Below, one piece after another: positions 1 to 11,519 of a stretch of 64,000 nt of DNA. The position numbers were made by a program, and so were the translations under genes. Source of the stretch: an uncultured Verrucomicrobiae bacterium (lineage in GTDB: Bacteria > Verrucomicrobiota > Verrucomicrobiia > Chthoniobacterales > Terrimicrobiaceae); contig CAVPOC010000004.1 in NCBI GenBank assembly GCA_963706955.1, positions 96,001 through 160,000 on the forward strand, in the 5' to 3' direction. The notes beneath the pieces are model-generated. The model did not search any database. It was not told the DNA's origin and saw only the letters and a program-made list of their open reading frames with translations. Every line of letters begins with the position of its first letter. Positions within the stretch are counted from its first letter, which is position 1.

Positions 1-1527
1 GGTCGTGAAGCACCTTGTTGTGCTTCAGGTTGTGCAGGAGCGATCCTGGGGTTCCACGGGCCTGTCCGGCCAGAAAAACGGCGGTTCCGGGCACGCGGGC
101 AGGGATAGCTGAGTGTTGGCGCTGGGGGGAGTAGAGGCGACGAATTCTCTCAAGGAAAGAGTCTCCGGGAAGCTCTTGCTCAGCAAGTGCCGACCCCTCT
201 TCCAGGTGGTCATCATCAGGAAGACAACTCCGCCGATGGCCAAGGGCATCCATCCACCCTCCGCAATTTTGGTGCTATTCGCCGCGAGGAACGCGAACTC
301 AATACCCAGGAACGGAGCGCAGAGGACGGTAGCGCGAAGAACGCTCCATTTCCAGATGCGTCGCACGGCAAAGTAGAGCAGGAGGGTCGTTGCTATCATC
401 GTTAAGGTGACGGCGATGCCATAGGCACTGGCGAGCGCATCACTGCTGCGGAAGATGATCACGAGGGCAATGCAACCCACCGCCAGCAGAGCATTGATTT
501 GGGGAATGTAGATCTGCCCATGTTCTTCGTGCGAGGTGTGTCGTATGTTGATGAAGGGTGTGTAGCCCATCTGGACGGACTGCATGGTCAGGGAGAATGC
601 TCCCGAAATCAAAGCCTGGGAAGCGATCACGGCCGCGACGGTCGCCAGGGCGATCATCGGCCAGAGCAACCAGCCGGGCACCATGTGAAAGAATGGATTT
701 TCTCGCGCGGTTGGATCTCGTAAGACGAGCGCTCCCTGCCCGAGATAGTTCAGAATCAGTGCCGGAAAAACGACCCAATACCAAGCCAGCACGATCGGTT
801 TTCGTCCGAAGTGTCCCAAATCCGCGTAGAGCGCCTCCGCGCCTGTAGTCACAAGAAAGACACCGCCCAGGATAACCAGCGTCTCCCACCCGTGGATGGC
901 AAGAAACCGGATGGCATAGAAGGGGTTAATGGCGGCGAGCACTTCCGGAGAGTCCACCACCTGTCGAATGCCCGTGACTGCAAGGATCAGGAACCACACC
1001 AACATGATTGGGCCGAAAAGCTTTGCCACTGACTCGGTTCCTTTTCGCTGCAAACTGAAGAGGCCTACCAGGATCAGAATGGTCAAGGGCACTGTGAAGT
1101 GCTCCAGCCAGGGTGCGGCGACGATCAGCCCTTCGGTCGCGGAAAGCACCGAAATTGCTGGTGTAATTACGCCATCTCCGTAAAGGAGCGCCGCTCCGGA
1201 AACTCCGATCACGATCATCAGAGCGGCCAATTTTGATTTGGAGCCCTCGCTAATGCTCTCGGGAAAAGCCAGCGAAAGTAGAGCCAGAATCCCTCCCTCT
1301 CCATGATTGTCGGCACGGGTGACGAAGGTCAGATACTTGACCGTTCCGAGGAGGATTAAGGTCCATATAATCAGCGAGAGAATCCCAAGGATGCCTTCAT
1401 CATGTTGGCTGACACCAAAGGAAAGGCATTCGCGAAACGCGTAGAGAACCGAAGTTCCAATGTCGCCGTAGACAACGCCCAGCGCTCCCAGCGCGCTGCG
1501 TAGCGAGGCACGGTTGGTTTCCGACAT
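1..1527 (-). CDS. kup: Kup/HAK/KT potassium transporter (frameshift near 125; runs off left edge)
   Basis: [32 protein letters not shown] and AYGIAV motifs; the frame-shifted tail reads RVPGTAVFL...[13 protein letters not shown] at 1-100. Confidence 0.93.
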
Positions 1528-1861
1528 TGAGAGGAATAGAAGAGCAGCAACTCCTCCATTTGAAAAGCCGGCTTCGCGAGTGGCTCGTTGCCATCGGTGT
1601 TAACTGGGAGTCTTTTGCTTTTTTCCCAGGCAGTCGGGAACCATGCTAGAATCAAAGGGGAGGCAATAGCCGGTCGGTAAGGAAATTCCGGCAAGTGCGA
1701 CGAATGGAAAACCCAAGTTTCCTCCGACCCGATTACTACACCTAATGCATAGCCCCAAGCACTTCAGCTTGCTGAACTCGAAGCGCGCTGCGGGGCCAAT
1801 CAATTTGCACCCTGTTTGTTGTTTTCAGACGTAGAGTAGTTGGCCACAACAACATGTGATC

Positions 1862-3629
1862 ATGAACGCCGCTGAAGAGAAGTCGCTCGAGTCTGCTTCA
1901 AACCAGGAGTCTCTGGCTCCACAGCCAGCCAATGGCACGTCCACGGAGGCGCCAGCGAGCGGCTCAACCTCAACATGGTTTGCCTTGCGCAATCCGGTCT
2001 TTTGCCGGCTTTGGGTGGCGACGCTTCTCTCTGGGACGTTCGTTTCCTCCCAGGATGTTACTGCGACATGGCTGATGCACGATCTTGGCGCATCACCCTT
2101 CTGGCTCTCCCTTATGGCGACAGCTGCGTCAGCGCCGTTCTTCTTATTTACGCTTACCTGCGGGTGCTGTCGCGGACATTGTCAACCGGCGGACGGTCAT
2201 TATCAGCGCGGTCCTTTGGCAAGCAGGATGGTCGGTAATTCTCGCATTCGCCGCGTTCACGAACTTGATCAACCCAAGCGCTGTGCTGGCTTGCATTTTT
2301 GCCCTCGGCATCGGTCTGGCCTTTGGAGCTCCGGTTTGGGGGGCGGTCGTTCCCGATATCGTCAACAAAGAGGAACTGCCCTCCGCGATTACGCTGGGTG
2401 GAGTTCAATTGAACCTCTCTGGAATTGTCGGTCCCGCCCTCGGCGGATTTCTTCTTCCAGTGCTTGGTGCACCACTCGTCATCTCCTTCAATGCTTTCGC
2501 TTTCGTGATCGTCGCTTTCGTGATCATGCAATGGAGGCCGCGACAGGCGCAAGCGACCGGATTGCGCGAAAATTTTACGGAATCGTTCATCAGTTCACTG
2601 CGTTACGCCCGCAATTCCCAGCGGATGAAGGTGATTCTTTTTCGCAACGTTTTGTTCTCGGCGGTGATCTCTGCCATTCCGGCGCTCTTGCCGATCATCG
2701 CACTTCGAGCGTGTGCTTGTTCGGCTTCTCAGCTGGGACTCATTTTTGCCTGCGTCGGGGCGGGATCGCTTGGTGGGGCAATGTTCGTCCTGCCGTTCCT
2801 TCGGAAGCGTTTTTCTGCGAATGCGATCGTCTCGATCAGTGTTGCCATATTGCTCGTCGTCTATCTGGCGATGGCGTTTACCCAGGAGGTCCCTCCGCTC
2901 ATGGTTTCGACGACCTTGGCCGGTGTCGCCTGGTCGCTGGCGGGCGCGGAGCTTTGGGTCGCCGGCCAGCGGGTGATGCCCAGCTGGGTTCGCGGGAGGA
3001 TGAATGCGTTCCTGATCATGCTCGGGCAGGGCGGTATGGCGCTTGGGGCAATTCTCTGGGCGACAGGCGTGGCGAATGTGGGCCTTGACCTAACCTTCGT
3101 TGGGGCGGCAGCGATGGCGCTGGTCGTCCTCGGCCTCGGGCTGCGTTTTTCGATCAACTTCGCCGTCGAAGCCCATGTTGAGGAGGCACCGCTGGACTAC
3201 GCGCATGAGTTGGAGATTCTTCCCAAACACGAGGAGGGTCCGATCACCATCACGATCGACTATCTTATCGCACACGAAGATCGAGAGCAGTTTCGCCTCC
3301 TGACGCATGAGGTCCAAGCCGCTCTTCGACGTAATGGCGCCTTCGAGTGCCGTGTTGATGAGAGTCTTGATCAGAGTGGCATTTTCCGTCTGGAGTACCA
3401 GGTCTCGACATGGGCGGAACACCTTCGTTTGCGAAAGCGAATGACGGTGGAGGAGACCGAAGCCTATAAAAAGGCATGGAGTTTGCATTCCGAGGATTCC
3501 GAGCCAGTCGTGCGGCATTTCCGATCGACTTACAGGGTGATGCATCTGCCCGGCTTCGGTGTTTCCGGCCGCACTTTCGTAAATACATCGCGAATGCCGA
3601 AGCCACGAATGCTTTCGGCAGCATCCTAG
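1862..3629 (+). CDS. MFS transporter with soluble C-terminal extension (MFS_3/DUF894-type); frameshift near 2155
   Basis: N-terminal piece FALRNPVFCRLW...APFFLFTL joins LPAGAVADIVNRR; about 12 TM helices; C-terminal GPITITIDYLI...TWAEHLRLRKR tail typical of this family. Confidence 0.85.
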
Positions 3630-3731
3630 TCGTAGCGGGAATCCTGCCCTTATAAGGTGCGCGAACTAGTCGAAAAGCCCTGGAGAGTGTCCCTTCAGGC
3701 TCGAGCACTTCAGCAGAATGTTATCCAGCGC

Positions 3732-4415
3732 CTACGTCTCGGGTTCAGCCAGTAAGGCTTCGATCTTCTTCTCCAAGGCTTGGTAACCGATCTCTCCTTT
3801 GAAGAACGCTCCGCCGGCGTGGACGTGTCTAACCGTGCCGCCTCGATCGAGAAGGATACTTATCGACGTCCAGCCACGTTCATGTTTGTCGAGCCACCAT
3901 CTCCGTAACGTTGACCATTCGCGATCAATGGCCACCGGAAACGCGATGTTTAGTCCCCGAATCTGCTCCTTCACATGAGCGAGTGTCAGGGGCGCTGGTG
4001 ATTTGTGGTGATAAAATCCCAGCACGACCAGACCACGATCACGATACTTCCGTGCGAACTCGTTGAGCGCGGGAATGCTCGCTTCGCAAAATGGACAACC
4101 CGGCGCAGTCCACCAGCGGATGAGGACTACCTGTCCGCGCATTGAATCTAAAGTAAGAGGTTTCGAGTTGATCCATTCGCCGACATCCCATTTTTCAAAT
4201 CGGCGGCCGATCAAGTCACTTCCAGCTTCGGCGGGAGCGGAATAGACCTTCACACCCGCCAAAGACTTAGGGAATTCGGTGCCGTGGGCATTCATTACAA
4301 TTAGACCATGGAGGGAGAGCGCAAGAGACCCTAAGGCAACTTCCCAAAATTTGGCGAAACGAGATGGCTTAGTGATTGACAATTTGCGTCCTGAAAAGCT
4401 TGCGATTCTTCCCAT
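3732..4415 (-). CDS. TlpA/redoxin-family thiol-disulfide oxidoreductase
   Basis: WINSKPLTLDSMRGQVVLIRWW and CPFC active site; start codon uncertain. Confidence 0.8.
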   Translation of the reverse strand: MGRIASFSGRKLSITKPSRFAKFWEVALGSLALSLHGLIVMNAHGTEFPKSLAGVKVYSAPAEAGSDLIGRRFEKWDVGEWINSKPLTLDSMRGQVVLIRWWTAPGCPFCEASIPALNEFARKYRDRGLVVLGFYHHKSPAPLTLAHVKEQIRGLNIAFPVAIDREWSTLRRWWLDKHERGWTSISILLDRGGTVRHVHAGGAFFKGEIGYQALEKKIEALLAEPET

Positions 4416-4421
4416 TTTACT

Positions 4422-5399
4422 TCAAGGCATCGGCGCACCTCGCGCCGCCGCAAACAGCGAGTACCACTCCTCACGGCTGAGTGAGACGCTCAGCGCCTGA
4501 GCGCATGAGCGCAGTCGATCGGGCCGGGTAGTTCCGAGGACCGGCTGGATCTTGGCGGGATGTTTGAGGAGCCAGGCAAGTAAAATAGCCTCGATGCTCG
4601 TTTGCTGACGCTCGGCATATTCACGCACCAGTGTGCCGGCCTTCCGAATGCTTTCCGGTTGGCCATCAAGCGTTCCTGCGAAAACCCCTTGCGCCAGCGG
4701 GCTCCAGGCTTGGAGCAAGACACCCTGCAATCGGCAATACTCCATAGTCCCTTCCCACCCGTCCGGATAGCGTGGTGAGGCTTGGTTGAAAGATATCCCC
4801 AACTCGACGAACCCGTGATGCAAGAGATTCATCTCGACCTGATTCGCGACCAGCGGGAAGGGAAGGAACGATTGAAGATATTCCATCTGGAATCGGTTCT
4901 GGTTGGAGACACCGAAATAGAGGACTTTGCCTGACGAGCGAAGCTTTTCGAACGCGTCAGCGATTTCTTCTCCTTCCCAGAGACAGTCAGGGCGGTGTAG
5001 CAGGAGAATCTCCAGCCGGTCGGTGCCAAGTCGGCTTAAAATGGCATCCACACTTTCGAGGATATGATCGCGGCTGAAATCGAAGCGTTGTGGCGTCCCC
5101 GGTGGATCATTCTCCCAGCGAATGCCGCATTTGGACTGGAGAACGATTCGGTCTCTCAGCGACGGTCTTTCCCGCAGCACCCGACCGAAAACTTCTTCAG
5201 ATCGCCCGCGGCCATAGATGTTGGCGTGATCGAAAAAATTGATGCCAATTTCTTCGGCGGTATCGAGGAAGGCACGCGTCGTCTGCTCGTGCTCCGCCGT
5301 CAATTTAGTCTCGCTGTCGAACCCTCCTCCCAGTCCCATGCAACCCATGGCGAGGCGAGATACTTCCAGATCGGTGTGAGGAATTTTGATTTTTTCCAT
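4422..5399 (-). CDS. Aldo/keto reductase (YdhF-like)
   Basis: GINFFDHANIYG, SKCGI, LLLHRPD, GVSN and AWSPLA motifs. Confidence 0.9.
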   Translation of the reverse strand: MEKIKIPHTDLEVSRLAMGCMGLGGGFDSETKLTAEHEQTTRAFLDTAEEIGINFFDHANIYGRGRSEEVFGRVLRERPSLRDRIVLQSKCGIRWENDPPGTPQRFDFSRDHILESVDAILSRLGTDRLEILLLHRPDCLWEGEEIADAFEKLRSSGKVLYFGVSNQNRFQMEYLQSFLPFPLVANQVEMNLLHHGFVELGISFNQASPRYPDGWEGTMEYCRLQGVLLQAWSPLAQGVFAGTLDGQPESIRKAGTLVREYAERQQTSIEAILLAWLLKHPAKIQPVLGTTRPDRLRSCAQALSVSLSREEWYSLFAAARGAPMP

Positions 5400-5414
5400 A
5401 GAGGTGTTTCCTAG

Positions 5415-6414
5415 TTACCAGGCGTAGGCCTGTGGCGCTTCGCCGCCGGGGCCCGGGAAGATTGCGTCAAGTTCCTTGAGGGTTTCTGGGGCCAGGGAGA
5501 TCTCAGTCGCTCGCAAGGAAGACTCGAGTTGCTCGATAGTCCGCGGGCCAATAATGGGAGCGGTCACGATTGGATTATGCAAAAGCCACGCCAACGCGAC
5601 GGCGGCAGGAGGCTCGACCGAGCCGTTTGCACAGCGATTCATACCTTTCCAGCTTTGGCCGATGCTCGTCGATTTCCTTTCGCGCTTCGTCGTCGGTGCG
5701 TCGACCGCTTTGTAGTTTTTCGAGCGCGCCACCGAGAAGGCCGCCGCCGAGAGGACTCCATGGAATCAGGCCGAGGCCGTAATATCTGCAAGCGGGGATG
5801 ACCTCCAGTTCAACGGTCCGGTTATTCAAGTGATAAATGCTTTGCTCGCTGCTTAAGCCCATCAGACCCCTTCGGGCAGCCTCCTGGCAAGCCGTAGCGA
5901 TGTCCCAGCCGGCGAAGTTGCTAGATCCAATATAAGCAACTTTCCCTTGGTTTCCCAGTTGAGCAAAGGCCTGCCAAATTTCATCCCAGGGACAGTCACG
6001 ATCGACGTGATGCATCTGATAAAGATCGAGGTGATCGGTCTGAAGCCGCTGCAAACTCGCCTCGCAATGTTTTCGAATTTTATAGGCAGAAAGCCCGCGA
6101 GTCAGGGTGTTCGGCTCGGGGAGAGCTTGCTTGCGCTCGACTGCCCCGAAGACTTTGGTGGCGAGGACAACTGCATCCCGACGCCCACCCCCCTGAGCGA
6201 ACCAGCGGCCAATGATCGCCTCAGTGTCGCCCCGCTCGCCACCCCAGCCATAGACATCCGCAGTGTCGAAAAAGTTAATTCCGAGCTCCAAGGCCCGGTC
6301 CATGATGCGGAAGCTATCCTCCTCTGACGTATGCCAGCCGAAATTCATCGTGCCGAGGCAGAGATTGCTCACCAAAACTCCGTGTTTGCCCAGACGTCTA
6401 TGTTGGATGGCCAT
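5415..6414 (-). CDS. Aldo/keto reductase (frameshifted near 5610-5750)
   Basis: LCLGTMNFG, GINFFDTADVYG, YQMHH, PWSPLGGG; C-terminal piece VALAWLL...PIIGPRT...EAPQAYAW. Confidence 0.88.
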
Positions 6415-6489
6415 GCGCCAATGTCTTTCTAAGCCAGAAATATCGCAAGATCCGAGAAACAATCGGTTGTCTTTTCGACGCCGGTCGTC

Positions 6490-7191
6490 TCAAAGACAAA
6501 GGATGGTTAGCTTTCTCGGACCGTGCGCCCCGAGCACGAGGATTCGCTCGATGTCGCCGGTCCGGCTCGGACCCGTGATGAAGGAAATCAAACTGGGATA
6601 GTCGGATTGGTACTTGCTCTTCAGTAATGCGAAGGCGGCGGGCAGGTCCGGAAGGAGTTGATCGCGGCGCGCTAGCACCACATGGTGAGGGGGCAGAATG
6701 GAAAGAGCGCGACCGCCCGAACTTCGGCTCGAGACGAGCACGCTGCCGGTTTGCGCGATGAGCGCTTCACATTGGCTGATGCCAGCATCGCAAGATTCCA
6801 GCTCGCGCACATCGTAATCCGCGTCGGTAGTTATCCAAGGCAGGCTGAGCGCGGCGCAAGCGCGGTCCGTCAGCTCCCCGGAGTGTGTGGCCACTTTTTT
6901 CCAATCTGCGCTGGCAGCCACGCCGCGGAGATGGTCTTCCATTTCGATCTCACCTCCGAGCAGGTGAAATTCGGCCTTCAGATCCAGAGCGTTTGCGCGG
7001 AAGAGTTCAACGCGTTGTTCGAATGTCTCTCCGACCGGAGGGAGCCACTCGGAGATGTGCTTCGCGGCTTCCGCTTCGGAAACGGTATCTGCTTTTGGAA
7101 TATCGTTGCTGGCGGCATGTGTGCCGGGGATCGGTGCCTGCACCCGGAGTGCTTCCCGAATTCGGCCGAAAATGTTTGCCCGCTCGTTCAT
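6490..7191 (-). CDS. lutC: Lactate utilization protein C (LUD domain)
   Basis: IAQTGS, SILPPHH, FITGPSRTGDIERILVLGAHGP; overlaps lutB stop. Confidence 0.9.
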   Translation of the reverse strand: MNERANIFGRIREALRVQAPIPGTHAASNDIPKADTVSEAEAAKHISEWLPPVGETFEQRVELFRANALDLKAEFHLLGGEIEMEDHLRGVAASADWKKVATHSGELTDRACAALSLPWITTDADYDVRELESCDAGISQCEALIAQTGSVLVSSRSSGGRALSILPPHHVVLARRDQLLPDLPAAFALLKSKYQSDYPSLISFITGPSRTGDIERILVLGAHGPRKLTILCL

Positions 7192-8585
7192 CGTTTTCGA
7201 GAACGCCAAAACTCCTTGAATGTTTGCTTCGCAACCTTCGGCAGTTCGCGCGAGCGAGTCCATGGACGGGCGGGGTCGAGCAGTGTCCCTTTAATCAGAG
7301 GATGAAATTTCTGCGCCAGGCGGGCCACTGACGGAGCCAAGGCGACGAGCCAGGGATGATCCATCAGGCAGGCGAAGCCTCTGAAAGCGAGGCGTTCCCA
7401 CCAGACCGGATAGCGCACCATCGCGTTCCGCCGGCCTTGCAGGAGATGATGGTGCAGGTTGATTTTAACAGGACACGCCTCGGTACAGGCGCCGCACAGC
7501 GAGGAGGCATACGAGAGATGTTTCCATTCCTGCAGACCGCGTAGATGCGGCGTGATCACCGAACCGATCGGCCCCTGATAGGTCGTCCCGTAGGTGTGGC
7601 CGCCCACGTTACGGTAAATCGGGCAGACGTTCAGGCAAGCGCCGCAACGGATGCAATGAAGCGCGTCGCGTTGCTCCGCGTCGGCGAGCAGGTGCGTGCG
7701 TTTGTTGTCCAGCAGGACCAGGTGAAACTCGTCCGGCCCATCCGGTTCACCCGGTTGGCGCGGTCCGGCATACAGGGAATTGTAAGCGGTCAGCGCCTGT
7801 CCGGCGCCAGCAGTTGCCAGCATCGGCATAAAGAGGGCGAGATCTTCGAGTTTCGGCAGAACCTTTTCGATCCCCATCAAGGCGATATGGACTTTGGGCA
7901 GCGCGCAGGTGAGCCGGGCATTGCCTTCATTTTCGGTGATGGAAATCATGCCGGTTTCGGCGATCGCGAAATTGGCTCCGGTAATTCCGATGTCCGCGGT
8001 GATGTACTTGTTGCGCAGAATCCCCCGCGCGATCATCATCAATTCCTCCGGATCGTTAGTTGGTTTAGAGCCAAGCTTCTCCTCGAACAGCTGGCTGATC
8101 TCTCCTCGCACCAGATGCATTGCGGGAAAGACGAAATGGTAAGGAGCCTCGTGCCGGAGCTGAACGATGTACTCTCCAAAATCACTTTCCACGACGCTGA
8201 GCCCTGCCTTCTCGAGGGCTTCGTTGAGATGGATCTCCTCGCCGGTCATCACCTTCGACTTGATGATGGAGCGCGCGTTCTTCTCGCGAACGATGCCAAG
8301 GATTATCTGACGGGCTTGCTCACTGGTGCTGGCCCAATGCACGTGCGCTCCGCGCGCCTCGAGTTTGTTCGCAAATTCTTCGAGGTAGGTGTCGAGATGA
8401 TTGACCGCATCCCACTTGATTTCCGCGGCCGTTTGCCGCGCTGATTGCCAGTCCTGGTAGCGAGACTTCTTCGAATCGCGCGCCACCTCATATTTCTTGA
8501 GAGCCGTCTGGATGAGCGAGCGATGTCGCAGGTCATGCGTGAGGCGCTCGGCATCGTGTTTGAATTGTTGGGAGGCAACGCTCAT
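7188..8585 (-). CDS. lutB: Lactate utilization protein B (LldF, Fe-S)
   Basis: KSKVMTGEEI, ENEGNARL, CIRCGACLNVCP and SSLCGACTEACP ferredoxin motifs. Confidence 0.93.
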   Translation of the reverse strand: MSVASQQFKHDAERLTHDLRHRSLIQTALKKYEVARDSKKSRYQDWQSARQTAAEIKWDAVNHLDTYLEEFANKLEARGAHVHWASTSEQARQIILGIVREKNARSIIKSKVMTGEEIHLNEALEKAGLSVVESDFGEYIVQLRHEAPYHFVFPAMHLVRGEISQLFEEKLGSKPTNDPEELMMIARGILRNKYITADIGITGANFAIAETGMISITENEGNARLTCALPKVHIALMGIEKVLPKLEDLALFMPMLATAGAGQALTAYNSLYAGPRQPGEPDGPDEFHLVLLDNKRTHLLADAEQRDALHCIRCGACLNVCPIYRNVGGHTYGTTYQGPIGSVITPHLRGLQEWKHLSYASSLCGACTEACPVKINLHHHLLQGRRNAMVRYPVWWERLAFRGFACLMDHPWLVALAPSVARLAQKFHPLIKGTLLDPARPWTRSRELPKVAKQTFKEFWRSRKR

Positions 8586-9299
8586 CGGGAGTTGAGGACC
8601 TCCGCGAGATGAATCGTGCGGAGGGAAAGGCGTTGTCGGTCTGCTAATCCCTGAATGTGCATATTGCAACTGGCATCGTTCGAAACGACATACTCGGCGC
8701 CGGTCTCAAGCGCCGAGGTGCATTTGACTTCTCCCATCGCAGTTGAGATCATCGGAAACTTAGCGGAAAACATTCCGCCAAACCCGCAGCACGTCTCCGC
8801 TTCGGTCATCTCGACCAGATCCAGGCCTCGGACCTTGGCGAGCAATTCGCGCGGCTGCTTCTTATTGCCGAGTTCACGAAGTCCATGGCAGCCATCGTGG
8901 AAGGTTACCCGATGCGGAAAGTGTGCGCCGAGGTCAGTGACGCCCAATCTGGTTACTAGAAAATCGCTGAATTCATAGCATCTCGGCGGCCAGTTCGTTC
9001 GCCGCCCGGGCATGCGCTGTGTTTGCAAAGAGCTCTGGATAGAACTTCTTGAGCATGGCCCCGCACGAGCCCGAGGCGATAACTACCGCCTCGGCGTCCT
9101 TCAGGCGTTCCAGGACTCGCTCGGCCATCGGCCGCGTTTCGTTCCAGTAGCCCGAATTGAAGGCCGGCTGCCCGCAGCAAGCAAGTTCCTCTGGATAGTC
9201 GATAGCATGCCCGAGCCGCTCAAGGATCTGCACGATGCTGATGCCCACGCGCGGAAAGCACATGTCGACGAAACAGGGAATGAAGAGCGTGACTTTCAA
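8582..9299 (-). CDS. lutA: Lactate utilization protein A (LldE, CCG domains); frameshift near 8980
   Basis: LFIPCFVD, CCGQPAFNSG, SGSCG; second piece FHDGCHGLR, CCGFGGMFS. Confidence 0.9.
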
Positions 9300-9325
9300 T
9301 GCGAGGGCGATGCAGGCTTCGCGTC

Positions 9326-11517
9326 CTATCGCAGGAACGCCTCGTACAATCCTCCGTCGACGGTAATGACCTGGCCTGTTGTCTTGCTTAAGCGATCGCT
9401 GACGAGAAGGAAGTAGGCTTCCGCCTGATCCGCCGGGGTAATCGGCGATCGGGTCAGCGTCCGATCTGCGTAGAACTGAGCAAGCTTGTTCACGAGTGAT
9501 TCGGTCTCCTCGTCGTCCGTGTAGGGGATTTCGTACTTGGCAAGTGAGCCGATAACTCGGTCGCGCGGGAACATGGCACTACCCTTGACAACGGTTGCAG
9601 GCGCGACGCCGTTAACGCGCACCAAAGGCGCCAGCTCAATCGACAGTTCGCGCACCAGGTGATTCGCAGCCGCCTTGGAAGCGTCATAGGCAACGCTGCC
9701 TTTCTTGGCTACCACTGCATTTGCACTGCTGGTGAGGACCAGTTTGCCACGCAGGCCTTGTTCTTTCCAAGTCTTCGCGGCCTCGTCGCCAACAAGATAA
9801 CTTCCGGTGACGTTGATGTTGAAGGTGACCGCCCATTTGTCGTCGGGAATGTGTCCGGTAGTGTCGGGCGGGACAAAGATGCCTGCCGTGACGCAGATGG
9901 AGTCAAAACCTCCGTAGGCCAGCGCGGCCTGGTCAAGCATCTCCCGAATCGATTTGCGATCGGTAATGTTTGCCGAGAGACCGATCGCCGGTCCGCACCC
10001 GGAAACTCCTGACCCCGCCACGCCAATACCGGTTCCGTACTTGCCTTCGATCTCTTTGGCAGTTGCCTCGGCGGCTTCCTTATTCAAGTCGACGCTCACG
10101 ATGTGGGCACCATCCTTGACCAGTCGATGCGCGGTTTCCTTGCCGATGCCGCTGCCAGCACCCACCACCACGACAACTTGGCGGGCGAGCTCTTTTTCCG
10201 CTGGCATCCGCTGAAGCTTCGCTTCTTCGAGCAGCCAATATTCAATATCGAAAGCTTCCTGCTGGGGCAGGGCAATATATTCATCGATGGCTTCCGCTCC
10301 GCGCATCACTTCGACCGCGCAGTTATAAAACTCCGCCGTGACACGCGATTCGGACTTGTCCTTGCCCCACGCGATCATGCCCAACCCCGGAATCAGGATA
10401 ACGGTCGGAGTTGCATCGCGCATCGCCGGTGAATTCTCGCGTTTGCAGGTCTTGTAGTAATCCGCGTAGTCCTGGCGGTATTTGACCAAGCCGTCGGCAA
10501 GTTTTTCTTTCAAGCTAGCCGCGTCCTCCGCTTGCGGATTCCAATCCACGTAGAGAGGCTTGATCTTGGTGCGCAGAAAATGGTCCGGGCAACTTGTGCC
10601 CAGTTCGGACAGGCGCGGCGCGTCGTTTGAGTTTACGAAGCGCAAGATCTTCTCGTCGTCCTGAATAGTGCCGATGAAGCGTTTTTGTTGGGAGACCTGG
10701 CCACGCAGCCATGGAAGGATGCGAGCGAGGGTAGCCGCGTCGCTCGTTTTCGCTAAGCGACTGGTATTTCGCTCCGCCGAAAGCCTTCGCGTCTCCCCCT
10801 TTAGCTTGATACTTGTCGTCGATGTATTGCGCTGCCTTCTCAATGAAGCGCAAGGTCTCTGCGTAACAGACCTTCTCATCGTCATGCCAGGAAATGAATC
10901 CGTGCTGACCCATCATGATGGCGCGGACAGCCGGATTTTTCTGAACGATCTCCTGCATCGCCAATCCCAGCTCAAATCCCGGCCGCATCCAGGGAACATA
11001 AGCCATCTCATCGCCAAATATTTCCTTGGTCAGCTCCTCGCAACGGCGGCTTGCGGCGACAGAGATAATCGCATTCGGATGCATATGATCGACGTGCTTT
11101 AGCGGAGATAAAGCTATGCAAGGGGGTATCGATCGAACTGGCGCGCGGATTGAGATTGAAGGTTGCATGGAAATACATGGCGACCATGTCATCCTCGGCT
11201 TGCGACTTTAGACCCTTATCATTGCGTCTTCCGTAGAGCTTTTGCAGATCAAGAAGCTTCTGCTGGTAAAGCGAGGAGAAGTTCTCGCGCTTCGAGGTCC
11301 GCAAATCGCCGCCGGATCCCTTCACCCAAAGCACTTCGGTCTCTTCGCCGGTCAGTGGATCCTTTTCTTTGATCTTCGCGGAAGTATTTCCTCCGCCCGT
11401 GTTGGTTATCCGTTGATCACTGCCCAGCAGATTCGAGCGATAGACGAGCCGGCCAACGGGATCGAGTTTGGACGCGACCGCGTCGTCCCACAGAAAATTT
11501 ACGAATTTATAAGTCAT
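9326..11517 (-). CDS. rhaEW: Bifunctional rhamnulose-1-phosphate aldolase / L-lactaldehyde dehydrogenase (RhaEW); two frameshifts
   Basis: LVYRSNLLGSD..ITNTGGGNTSAK, KGSGGD, HVDHMHP, GTSCPDHFLRTK, EYWLLEEAKL, then SDR domain GAGSGIG and YDASKAA. Confidence 0.9.
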
Positions 11518-11519
11518 AA

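Noticed and set aside
1530..1850. c-di-AMP (ydaO) riboswitch upstream of kup
   Set aside because: Only a vague CAGTTAAC similarity and one CTGGGA/TCCCAG hairpin; the conserved GCTGAA and GGGGGA-ACC elements were not found
7545..8444. Long antisense ORFs (also 50059-50802, 52316-53284, 61008-61868)
   Set aside because: Shadow frames of GC-rich genes on the opposite strand, with no protein motifs
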